In this document: one piece after another, positions 55,821 to 64,000 of the stretch
Layout: every line of letters starts with the position of its first letter
Numbering within the stretch: the first letter of the stretch is position 1
Origin: Spirochaetota bacterium
GTDB taxonomy: Bacteria; Spirochaetota; UBA12135; COTS27; CAXSBA01
Length of the DNA stretch: 64,000 bases
Direction: 5' to 3'
Assembly (NCBI GenBank): GCA_965224715.1
Contig: OZ245054.1
Location: 1,300,334 to 1,364,333, forward strand
The notes under the pieces: generated by a model
Databases searched by the model: none
Seen by the model: only the letters and a program-made list of their open reading frames with translations
Told to the model about the DNA's origin: nothing
Made by a program: the position numbers and the translations under genes

Positions 55821-56489
55821 ATGCTGAATATTAAAAAAAAGAAAAGTATTTTTTTTCGTGAAAAGATAAAAACTGTATTTCATAAAAGGTTCTTTATTAT
55901 TTTCTTTATACTAATATTAGTGTTCACCTATGTCATTTATGAGCGTTTTCTGTTTTCTGTTCATATTCCAGATGAAAGTATGAGTCCCAATGTATCTATT
56001 GGAGATTTATTATGGTTTAAAAAAGTTGATGATAACATAAAGTCAGATTTGATTGCTAATTTAGACAGAGGAGCTATTATTGCGATTAAGAAACCAGGTG
56101 TTACAGAATCAATGATTTTAAAGAAAATATTTGATTTTCCAGTTTTTTTCCTCACTTTGGGTTGGGTTAAACTTAACCATCATAAAATTATTGCTCGTCG
56201 TTTATTAGCTTATCCTGGAGATAAATTAGAGATTAAGAATAAGGTGATATATATTAATGATAAAATTTTTATGCCGGAATGGATTATAAAGTATACTGAT
56301 GTAGAAATTTTTCCCTCAAAAGTTACCCCTCGAGATAATTTGGAAGTTAGATACATCGATAATAATCATATTTTTGTTATCAATGATAATTGGGATCGGC
56401 TTGGTGACTCTAGATTGTTTGGTGAGGTCAGTATAGAAGATATTGTGGGAGTTCTCATTTATAATCATTCTTCGGTGAAGAATAAATAG
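55821..56489 (+). CDS. Signal peptidase I (S26)-like protein
   Basis: An N-terminal TM segment is followed by the Ser box ESMSPNVSIGDLLWFKK, box D RRLLAYPGDKLEI and box E NDNWDRLGDSRLFG. The residue aligned by eye with the catalytic Lys is Arg (see findings). Confidence 0.6.
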   Translation: MLNIKKKKSIFFREKIKTVFHKRFFIIFFILILVFTYVIYERFLFSVHIPDESMSPNVSIGDLLWFKKVDDNIKSDLIANLDRGAIIAIKKPGVTESMILKKIFDFPVFFLTLGWVKLNHHKIIARRLLAYPGDKLEIKNKVIYINDKIFMPEWIIKYTDVEIFPSKVTPRDNLEVRYIDNNHIFVINDNWDRLGDSRLFGEVSIEDIVGVLIYNHSSVKNK

Positions 56490-56522
56490 TTTTATTTTTA
56501 TTTTATTTATAAAAAAATAGCT

Positions 56523-57278
56523 TTATAAAGACAGAGTTAATATCTCAACTCCTGTCTCAGTAATTAATACTGTGTGTTCGAATTGGGCTGAAAGAGAATT
56601 ATCTTCAGTTCTGACCGTCCATTTATCATCCTTATCAACAAAAATTCCATAGGAGCCAGCATTGATCATTGGTTCAATAGTGAATACCATTCCTGGCTTG
56701 AGTTTGGTTTTTAGATGAGGGTCGTAATAATGGGGTACAAATGGATCTTCGTGAAAAAAACGACCTGTACCATGTCCTCCCAGCTCTTTTACCACTCCAT
56801 AGGAAAATTTATTTGCATAAGATTCAATAGTTTTACCTATCGAATTTAAATTGTGGGATTTTTCAAGAACGGAAATTCCATATTCCATAGCTTGCTTAGT
56901 TCTTTCTACTAGTAGTTGGGCTTCAAGAGATGGTCTACCTATCAAGAATGTTCTACAAGAATCAGCATAATAGCCATTTTTTATAAGAGCAATATCTATA
57001 CTGATAATATCTCCATCTTGAAGAACATCCTCTTTTTTGGGGATACCATGACAAACTACATTGTTAATAGAAGTACAAATGCTTTTGGGATAACCACGAT
57101 AGTTGAGAGTGGCTGGTTTAAGTCCATGACTAACCATCCAATCATGACAGAATTTATCTAACTCTAAGGTATTCTGTCCAGGAATAAGAAGAGGTGGTAA
57201 TGCCTCAAACAACTGGGCTACATAACTACCCGCTATTCTTATTTTTTGTATTTCTGATGGACTTTTAATATAGATCAT
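56523..57278 (-). CDS. map: Methionine aminopeptidase, type I
   Basis: Matching blocks are CHGIP, DIVNID-like DIISIDIAL, the GHG.G...HE metal ligands (GGHGTGRFFHEDP), FTIEPM and AQFEHTVLIT. Confidence 0.9.
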   Translation of the reverse strand: MIYIKSPSEIQKIRIAGSYVAQLFEALPPLLIPGQNTLELDKFCHDWMVSHGLKPATLNYRGYPKSICTSINNVVCHGIPKKEDVLQDGDIISIDIALIKNGYYADSCRTFLIGRPSLEAQLLVERTKQAMEYGISVLEKSHNLNSIGKTIESYANKFSYGVVKELGGHGTGRFFHEDPFVPHYYDPHLKTKLKPGMVFTIEPMINAGSYGIFVDKDDKWTVRTEDNSLSAQFEHTVLITETGVEILTLSL

Positions 57279-59485
57279 GAATGTTGAGAGATAATGTTTG
57301 CTACTTCTTCTTGAGACTTTGATTCGATTAATCGATTTTTGATATTAGTGCTCATAAATAACTGAGAGATTGTAGAAATAATCCAGACATGTCTATCTGG
57401 GTCACCGCTGGGACTTATTAATACAAATAATATTTTACAGAAAAGTTTATCATAACTGTTGATATCAAAACCATTTTTTGAAATGACTACTCCTAAGATC
57501 GGTTTTGTGACTTTACTATCCAGTAAATGCATAATACCTGCTTCTTTGCCTAGAGCTATGGAGCCATCTTCATGTTTGGCTATCATCCCTTTTAATAAAC
57601 TTTGAGAATCAATTTTTTCGAACTGTTCTAATTGATTAGCTAAATGACTATAAAGGTGGTGAGGATGGGTGGATTCATTAAAAATAACTAAATGAGTTTT
57701 AAAAAAATGATGAAGCTTAAATCCTTCACGACAGAAGAATAAACATTGGACTTTTTTAGCTTCTTCAGGATTATCTAGGATATCTTGATCAAGCTTTAAT
57801 TCCACTTGATTATTATAAAAATATAATAAAGAGATGTTTTTTTCATCTCGTTCGGAGTATGGTTTTTCTATCAACTGCACCTTACTTTCGATGATTTCTG
57901 AAGATATAATTGAAGGACTAGGAAGAGTATCCCAAATAGGCTGACCGATTAAACTTTCTTCCCCATCCTGACTATTTCCTTTTTCCCAGCGGAAAAGATT
58001 TTCACGGTGAATTAGATTTCGCCAATGCTGACAAATAAGAGCATTAAGATCTTGGTTATCAGTTAAACTTATTAAGGTTGAGGAATTAAAAAATCTCTCA
58101 TCACTATAAACATTTGAGGAGAGGACATCACGATTAATGGCATTAAGACCTTTTCGTTTTAGCCAATCCACACGATTAATGTTGTTATCCACAATAATGA
58201 CCTCATAACCTTTAGTGATAAGGTATCGATATAATACTTCGCTGAACTCATGAGCCCCAATAATAATCCATTCTCTGTTTTGTTGTTGCTTAACTTGAAG
58301 AATACGAGCGACTGGCCCAACTGTTAGTCCCTGGATAAGGACAGTTGTAAAAATAACTGAAAAAGTAAGAGCTTCCGCAAACCAAGCTATATTATTGTAT
58401 TGACTTTCATTAGAAAGGTAAAATGCAAAAAGTGTGGACATAGAAGCAGCTACAATACCACGTGGTGCCACCCAAGAAATAAATAGTTTTTCTCTTAAAT
58501 TTAAACCACTGTTTATGCTGCTGCAGAAAACATTGATGGGACGAATGACTAGGATAATGATCACTAAAAGTAATATTCCCTTTCCTCCAAGTACAATAAT
58601 TTTACTAAAATCTAAGCTTGAGACAATCAAGATGAACAGTAGGGCAACTGAAAGATGGGTGATTTCTAATTTGAATCTTTTCACTTCTTCTGTAACAATA
58701 TTTTTCTGATAGCCAGTGATAGTTCCCGCAATAACTGTAGATAGAAGACCTGATTCAGAAACAAAAAAATCACAAATGCTGAAAGTGAAAATGGCCATAA
58801 CTAGGACAAAAATATTTATGTAATCTGTAGGTATCCATTTTCTTTTTATACATTGACTAGCTAAAAAACCAGAACTGATCCCAAAAATAGTACCAAAAAA
58901 TATTCTCAATAATAGGTTTGCTCCAACTGTAATACCTCCTCCACTGGGCCAATAAAGAAGTACTTCAAAAGAAAGGGTAGCAATAAATACTCCTATAGGA
59001 TCAATCAAGACTCCTTCCCAATGTAAAATATTGAATATCTTTTTATTGACTTGGATCCTTCTTAAAATTGGTATAATCACAGTTGGTCCGGTTACAATTA
59101 TAAGGCTGCTGGCAAAAATGGAAAAACTGAAAGGAAGATCGAAAATGAAATATATTGCTAATGCATTGCCTATCCAAGTAATTGCCACACCAAGAGTAAG
59201 AAGTTTCCAGATTATTTTACTAGTTTTACGGTAGACCGAATAATCTAATGTGAGTCCAGCTTCGAAAAGGATAATAGCTATACCTAGGGAAATAATTGTT
59301 TTGAATGAACTGCCAAACTCTTCAGTATATATCCAGTGAAGACCCTCAGGTCCAAAGATATAACCGAAGAAAAGAAAAAATAAAATTGGAGTCAGATGCA
59401 ACTTTTTAGCCAAGAGATGGGATAATAATCCCAAGCCGAGAGCTAAGCCGATACTCCAAAGTATTGGATCAAAGTGTGATGACAT
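57275..59485 (-). CDS. NhaP/CPA1-type cation:proton antiporter fused to a degenerate RCK/TrkA-N domain and a C-terminal PTS EIIA(type 2)-like domain
   Basis: The ~390-aa multi-TM Na_H_exchanger region is followed by IIIGAHEFSEVLYRYLITKGYEVIIVDNN, which is TrkA-N-like without GxGxxG. The C-terminus KHEDGSIALGKEAGIMHLL...KILFVLISPSGDPDRHVWIISTISQLF resembles PtsN/EIIA-2. Confidence 0.7.
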   Translation of the reverse strand: MSSHFDPILWSIGLALGLGLLSHLLAKKLHLTPILFFLFFGYIFGPEGLHWIYTEEFGSSFKTIISLGIAIILFEAGLTLDYSVYRKTSKIIWKLLTLGVAITWIGNALAIYFIFDLPFSFSIFASSLIIVTGPTVIIPILRRIQVNKKIFNILHWEGVLIDPIGVFIATLSFEVLLYWPSGGGITVGANLLLRIFFGTIFGISSGFLASQCIKRKWIPTDYINIFVLVMAIFTFSICDFFVSESGLLSTVIAGTITGYQKNIVTEEVKRFKLEITHLSVALLFILIVSSLDFSKIIVLGGKGILLLVIIILVIRPINVFCSSINSGLNLREKLFISWVAPRGIVAASMSTLFAFYLSNESQYNNIAWFAEALTFSVIFTTVLIQGLTVGPVARILQVKQQQNREWIIIGAHEFSEVLYRYLITKGYEVIIVDNNINRVDWLKRKGLNAINRDVLSSNVYSDERFFNSSTLISLTDNQDLNALICQHWRNLIHRENLFRWEKGNSQDGEESLIGQPIWDTLPSPSIISSEIIESKVQLIEKPYSERDEKNISLLYFYNNQVELKLDQDILDNPEEAKKVQCLFFCREGFKLHHFFKTHLVIFNESTHPHHLYSHLANQLEQFEKIDSQSLLKGMIAKHEDGSIALGKEAGIMHLLDSKVTKPILGVVISKNGFDINSYDKLFCKILFVLISPSGDPDRHVWIISTISQLFMSTNIKNRLIESKSQEEVANIISQHS

Positions 59486-59488
59486 GGT

Positions 59489-60034
59489 TTATAATTTATT
59501 TATTTTAATTGCTAAAATGTGTAGTAAATTGAAAGTATTTTTTACTAAATAAATAATAATGATAATAATAATAACTGACAAAAAATTCATGGCAAACTCT
59601 ATTAGACCTATTTTTGGAAAAAATGCATAGAGGTAATCACTATCATAAATATTGGTTAGAAGTAGAGTACTAAGAGTTAATTTCAGTAATCCAGTTGTCA
59701 TAATAAAAGTGATAAAAACAGAAAAATTTATTTGATAAATATGTTTCCGAATAAGGTAAACAGGTCCAATTAATGACAGAGTATAAATAATGATATAAAA
59801 ACCCAATGGAGCTCCCGCAATCATTTCTTGAAAGATGGAAAAAATTGACACTAATGTTAGATAGATTACGAATTTTATACGAAAGGAAATAAATTGAAAT
59901 ACTAGAAATAGGACATCCAACTTTACTTCGTTTATTGTTAGAGGATGTGGAGTAGTGGATAAGGCTAATGAAAATCCTAAAAGGAATATAGCAAAAAAAT
60001 TAAATGAGGAGATTAATTTGAATTGAGACAGCAT
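59489..60034 (-). CDS. mreD: Rod shape-determining protein MreD
   Basis: This small polytopic membrane protein lies directly downstream of mreC. I moved the start to the ATG at 60034 to avoid overlapping the mreC stop at 60045. Confidence 0.65.
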   Translation of the reverse strand: MLSQFKLISSFNFFAIFLLGFSLALSTTPHPLTINEVKLDVLFLVFQFISFRIKFVIYLTLVSIFSIFQEMIAGAPLGFYIIIYTLSLIGPVYLIRKHIYQINFSVFITFIMTTGLLKLTLSTLLLTNIYDSDYLYAFFPKIGLIEFAMNFLSVIIIIIIIYLVKNTFNLLHILAIKINKL

Positions 60035-60044
60035 GATTGAATTG

Positions 60045-60920
60045 TTAATGAGTCGTTTCAGGAATAATGACAAAAACATGCCTCAATGAAGTAAAATCAA
60101 TGGTGGGTTTGATTGTAGCGTTTTTAAATGTACCATAGAGTGAGTCGTCAACAACCATGATTTTTCCGACCTGAATTCCTGAAGGGTACCGTTCTCCAAG
60201 CCCCAGGGTATAAACATATTTCCCTTCCAAATTTGTGAAGTCATTGTTAATGAAGTCCATAAATAAAAGACGTTTTAAATTAATGTCTCCCCTCATTATA
60301 GCTTTTGTTTCATAGCCTTCAATTGAGACTCCTACGTAGGTTTGAGGATCAAGGATACTTTGAACCAGGCTACTATCTTTAAGAATTTCTATAATAAAAC
60401 CAACAAGTCCTTGCTCGCCATTATGATTAAAAGCAATGACTGGTAATTTATTTGTCAACGATTGTTTTTGCCCAACATCAATCCAAAAAAAATAAAAATG
60501 GTTCTGTGGTTGATAAGAAATTATCTCTGCAGGGATAATAGTAAAGGTCAAATTAGAACGATAATTCAGTAGAGATCTCAACATTTTATTTTCATCCTTT
60601 ATATGATTAAGTTGTTGGATGAGATAATTTTTTATTTTTAATTGTCTTTTAAGATTAATCACTTGATTTTGCAGTTCTTCCATTCCTTGATTATCTTGGG
60701 AATCAGTTAATGTTTTTTCTATACTATTGAATTTTTTATTTACTGGTAAAATAATATAGTCTAATATAGCATCAATACTATACCTTTTAGTAATATTGAT
60801 AAACGAATCAAAAAACTTATCTTCACGAATAAGTGGAAAGACAAAATAGATTAGAGCAAGAAGTAATATACCTATACTGATAAGATAATATTTATTCCAT
60901 CTGCCTTTTTGTTTTGTCAC
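60045..60920 (-). CDS. mreC: Rod shape-determining protein MreC
   Basis: An N-terminal TM segment is followed by a coiled coil (ELQNQVINLKRQLKIKNYLIQQLNHIKDENKMLRSLL) and a C-terminal beta domain with G.YPSG..VG. It lies between mreB and mreD. Confidence 0.8.
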   Translation of the reverse strand: MTKQKGRWNKYYLISIGILLLALIYFVFPLIREDKFFDSFINITKRYSIDAILDYIILPVNKKFNSIEKTLTDSQDNQGMEELQNQVINLKRQLKIKNYLIQQLNHIKDENKMLRSLLNYRSNLTFTIIPAEIISYQPQNHFYFFWIDVGQKQSLTNKLPVIAFNHNGEQGLVGFIIEILKDSSLVQSILDPQTYVGVSIEGYETKAIMRGDINLKRLLFMDFINNDFTNLEGKYVYTLGLGERYPSGIQVGKIMVVDDSLYGTFKNATIKPTIDFTSLRHVFVIIPETTH

Positions 60921-60923
60921 CGA

Positions 60924-61943
60924 TCACACAATCTTTTTTTTGTTTTTAAAATTTCTAAGTTCCTTAAGGTAAGTACCTACTCCTTTTACAACACAGAAAA
61001 GGGGATCCTCAGCAATAATAACCGGCACTCCGGTATACTTGCTGAGATATTCTTTTAAGCCTTTGATCATGGCACCCCCACCACTTAACATGATTCCTTG
61101 GTCAATGATATCAGAAGCAAGTTCAGGAGGAGTGCGATCTAAAATTAGCTTAATTCCATTGACTATTTTCTCTATTGGGCTTTTTATGGCATTGTAAAGG
61201 TCAATTTTAGTTATCTCTTGGCTCCGGGGAAGACCAGTGATGGAATCACGTCCTTTAGTTACATAGGTTTCCTTACTATTGACATACCAAACATCGGCAA
61301 AATTAATTTTAATATTCTCTACCGTTCTTTCTCCAAGAATAATATTATGTTCATTTTTTATATGTTCAATGATAGAACTGTCTATCTCATTACCACCAAC
61401 ACGAATACTATTTTCCAAAACAATACTACCCAAGGAAATAATAGCGATTTCAGTTGTTCCACCGCCAATATCAACAATCATATTACCGATGGGCTGAGAG
61501 GTAGGCATATTGGCACCTATAGCTGCTGCTAAAGGTTCTTCAATTAAAAAAATATCTCTGGCTCCTGCTTGTTCACAAGACTCATTTACGGCTCTTCTTT
61601 CAACTTCAGTGATTCCAGTAGGCACACCTATAGCTACTTTGGGTTTGAATAGAGTGGGGGTTTTATTAACTTTTTGAATAAAAAAGCGAATCATCTTTTC
61701 AACAATTTCAAAGTCAGCAATGACTCCATCTCGCATTGGTTTAACTGCAATAATATTACTAGGGGTTCTTCCTAACATTTCTCTGGCTTCGTTACCGATT
61801 GATAAAATTTCACCGGTTTTTTTATTTACTGCTACTACACTAGGTTCGTTAAGAACGATACCTTCATTTTCTACATATATAACAGTGTTAGTTGTTCCTA
61901 AGTCGATTCCGATATTCTTAGAAAAAATTGAAAATAAACTCAT
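60924..61943 (-). CDS. mreB: Rod shape-determining protein MreB
   Basis: IGIDLGTTNTVIYV, EPSVVA, MRDGVIADF and DIGGGTTEIA are the actin-like ATPase motifs, and GGGA.I.GL is also present. Confidence 0.95.
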   Translation of the reverse strand: MSLFSIFSKNIGIDLGTTNTVIYVENEGIVLNEPSVVAVNKKTGEILSIGNEAREMLGRTPSNIIAVKPMRDGVIADFEIVEKMIRFFIQKVNKTPTLFKPKVAIGVPTGITEVERRAVNESCEQAGARDIFLIEEPLAAAIGANMPTSQPIGNMIVDIGGGTTEIAIISLGSIVLENSIRVGGNEIDSSIIEHIKNEHNIILGERTVENIKINFADVWYVNSKETYVTKGRDSITGLPRSQEITKIDLYNAIKSPIEKIVNGIKLILDRTPPELASDIIDQGIMLSGGGAMIKGLKEYLSKYTGVPVIIAEDPLFCVVKGVGTYLKELRNFKNKKKIV

Positions 61944-61963
61944 AAGGTTCCTTTAATTAGATT

Positions 61964-62938
61964 TTAAGATTTCAGATACTGTTCAAAATGATATTTGGCA
62001 TCTTTAACTTTTCTTTTAGCATTAAAAATAAGATATGATGACTTCCATAAATCTACAGCCTCTTCCATTTCCTTTTTTTCAATTAAGTATTTGGCATAGG
62101 TTGAGAGAAGAATATCCTTTTCCTCTTGACTTGAATGAATTGTTGCCATATACTTTAAATAAAAATCAATTTTATCATATAATCTCAGTTCGTTTAAGAC
62201 ATCAATAAGATTAAAAAAAACTTCATGCTTTAGTATATGCTTAAAAGAAGAATAGATAAGTTTTTCTAACTTTAGACGAGCTAAGGTAAATTGTTTATTT
62301 AAGATATAACTTTGTGTCAATTTGAAAGACCAACCAAGATCGTTAGGAATAACTTTCAAAATGTTTTGGGCACTTATAATACTTTTCTTATAGTCCCCTG
62401 TTTTCATTGTAATGTTATACAACAGGGTATAACTTTCTACTATTTCATTAGTAGAAGTTTCTTTGTTATTTGCCATATATATTTCCATATTTCGAAGTGA
62501 TTCATGATTATAGTTCATTTCATAAAAAATTTTAGCTAATCTTTTATAAAGAGATGGTTCTGGTGTCCATGAAGAGTTAAGAAGAATTTTAACAATTCGA
62601 ATCTTTTGTATCTGAATTTCAAATGTACTTTCAGATAGTCTGTCAAGGGTATTGAGCTTTACTTTTAGGAGTCTTGATCTAGGAAAATAATTTTCATAGA
62701 AATTACTTATTTGTATGAGTGTTTGTGCAGGTGGAACAATATCTATATTTTTCTCTATATCAGATAGATGAAGAACTCCAACTGTTTTTAAAAAGACTGT
62801 ATAAGTAAAAAAGGGAAGTAAAGCAAAGAAAAGTAAAAAAAATAATATCAGGAAAGTACTTTTTCTTCGAGAGAAATGTTTTTGAGATGATACTTTAATC
62901 GGAACAAAAATAGAGTTTTTGTCTTTATTAAAACCCAT
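61964..62938 (-). CDS. Hypothetical membrane-anchored TPR-like protein upstream of mreB
   Basis: A single N-terminal TM segment is followed by a helical-repeat region. No family was recognised. Confidence 0.3.
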   Translation of the reverse strand: MGFNKDKNSIFVPIKVSSQKHFSRRKSTFLILFFLLFFALLPFFTYTVFLKTVGVLHLSDIEKNIDIVPPAQTLIQISNFYENYFPRSRLLKVKLNTLDRLSESTFEIQIQKIRIVKILLNSSWTPEPSLYKRLAKIFYEMNYNHESLRNMEIYMANNKETSTNEIVESYTLLYNITMKTGDYKKSIISAQNILKVIPNDLGWSFKLTQSYILNKQFTLARLKLEKLIYSSFKHILKHEVFFNLIDVLNELRLYDKIDFYLKYMATIHSSQEEKDILLSTYAKYLIEKKEMEEAVDLWKSSYLIFNAKRKVKDAKYHFEQYLKS

Positions 62939-63017
62939 ATGTATATTTTATTATAAAATATAGTAAGTTTTTGTTTAGTATTTTTAAATAAATTCTTTTT
63001 CAAGATTCACCAGATTA

Positions 63018-63764
63018 ATGATATCCTTAAAAGATAAACTTGATTACCTTTTTATTGGTGCTCATCCCGATGATTGTGAAATTATGGCAGGAGGGACTTT
63101 ATTGTCTTTAGTAGCTCAAAAAAAGCGTGTAGGAATTTTGGATTTAACCTACGGGGAATTAGGTTCCAATGGAAACATAACAACTCGTAAGAAGGAGGCT
63201 AAGCAGGCAACCAAAATTGCTGGTATTGATTACCGTGGTTGTTTAGGATTAAAGGATGGTAGTTTGTCTTTAACAGATACAAATATAATAAAAGTTGTAA
63301 GGATTATTAGAAAATCTCAACCCGATATTATTTTTACATTCAAGGCTAATAACCGTCATCCCGACCATGAGGCTACACATTATTTGGTTAAACAGGCAGC
63401 TTTCCTTTCAGGATTGACAAAATACCATACTGATAGTTCCAAATGCGTTTTTCGTCCATCAGCCCTTATTTTTTTTGGTGAGCCTTATTACCTTCATGAC
63501 CGTCCAGATTTTTTTGTTGATGTGACTCTTTTTTACAATAAAAAAATTCAATTGATCAATTGTTATAGTAGTCAAGTTAAGGTAGGGCGTATTAGTCCCC
63601 AACATAAGACCCTTCTTGGATCCGATTTTTTTTGGAATGCCCTTCAAGGTAGAGAAAGTTGGTACGGATCATTAATTGGTAATAAGTATGCAGAAGGATT
63701 TTGGAGTGATAGTCGTCCTAAAATTAGTGATCCGATTCTACATTTTAAAAAAGCTGTTAATTGA
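63018..63764 (+). CDS. bshB: PIG-L/LmbE-family deacetylase, probable bacillithiol biosynthesis deacetylase BshB
   Basis: GAHPDDCEIMAGGTL, DLTYGELGSNG and HPDH are the metal-ligand motifs of the LmbE family. The gene lies directly upstream of a BshA-like gene. Confidence 0.7.
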   Translation: MISLKDKLDYLFIGAHPDDCEIMAGGTLLSLVAQKKRVGILDLTYGELGSNGNITTRKKEAKQATKIAGIDYRGCLGLKDGSLSLTDTNIIKVVRIIRKSQPDIIFTFKANNRHPDHEATHYLVKQAAFLSGLTKYHTDSSKCVFRPSALIFFGEPYYLHDRPDFFVDVTLFYNKKIQLINCYSSQVKVGRISPQHKTLLGSDFFWNALQGRESWYGSLIGNKYAEGFWSDSRPKISDPILHFKKAVN

Positions 63765-63776
63765 TAATAATCTAAT

Positions 63777-64000
63777 ATGAATATCGCGGTTCTCCATTTT
63801 CACCGAATCGGTGGATCAGGTATAGTTGCCTATGAAATTGCAAAACAGATGGTTAAAAGAGGGCATAGTATTCACTTTGTAGGTTTGGATAAACCTTTTC
63901 GACTTATTAATGAAAGTTTTGATCCGGAAAAACAGATCTGTATGTTTTTTCATAAAGTCAATATGTTTGAATATCCTGTATTTGATTATCAGCCTTATGT
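63777..64000 (+). CDS. bshA: N-acetyl-alpha-D-glucosaminyl L-malate synthase BshA-like GT4 glycosyltransferase (partial, runs off window)
   Basis: Not in the ORF track. My translation MNIAVLHFHRIGGSGIVAYEIAKQMVKRGHSIHFVGLDKPFRL... closely resembles the BshA N-terminus (..GGSGI.ATELGK.LA..GHEIHFI....PFRL). Confidence 0.65.
   Translation, partial: MNIAVLHFHRIGGSGIVAYEIAKQMVKRGHSIHFVGLDKPFRLINESFDPEKQICMFFHKVNMFEYPVFDYQPY

Noticed and set aside
1-64000. Search for tRNA, rRNA, tmRNA, CRISPR arrays, transposases, integrases, phage or toxin-antitoxin genes
   Set aside because: No T-loop-like GGTTCGAATCC motifs (or their complement) were noticed in intergenic regions. No regularly spaced direct repeats with unique spacers were seen. 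No ORF had recombinase, transposase or phage hallmarks. The scan was by eye only, so small RNAs could have been missed.

Overview
AT-rich bacterial chromosomal segment with standard genetic code and dense coding. Diderm-type content (LpxC, SecDF/YajC, MreBCD, OMP-like proteins) together with bshB/bshA; the lineage cannot be assigned from sequence alone. Most of the window is housekeeping: aroQ, sufBCD, secDF-yajC, infC-rpmI-rplT, rpoD, a yejABEF-like peptide ABC transporter, a livJHMGF-like amino-acid ABC transporter, glnA, recN, rpmE, accB-like/accC, map, mreBCD. No tRNA, rRNA, CRISPR array, transposase, integrase or phage genes were recognised. Three regions stand out. (1) 341-7027: a 4.6 kb glycosyltransferase/methyltransferase cassette is bracketed by two ~1,056 bp, ~99% identical direct repeats, each holding the aroQ 5' end, the intergenic region and the sufD 3' end. 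This layout looks like single-crossover (Campbell-type) integration or a tandem duplication. (2) 31.6-42.6 kb: two paralogous surface lipoprotein genes (Ig-like, Listeria-Bacteroides repeat and beta-helix domains) flank the liv operon. One is intact and carries an in-frame G15 tract. The other is decayed and carries a G18 tract. Around them lie a ~200 bp intergenic repeat family, a structurally conserved hairpin, a (CACAAAT)~15 microsatellite and an orphan promoter, so this is a candidate phase/antigenic-variation locus. (3) Unusual protein architectures: a receiver(REC)-LpxC fusion, a BCCP-like protein without the biotinyl-lysine next to accC, and an NhaP-RCK-EIIA(Ntr)-like fusion. In addition, a ~95 nt upstream module is shared by the liv operon and glnA and may be a nitrogen-regulon cis element. 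All functional calls rest on by-eye motif recognition, and no database search was run.
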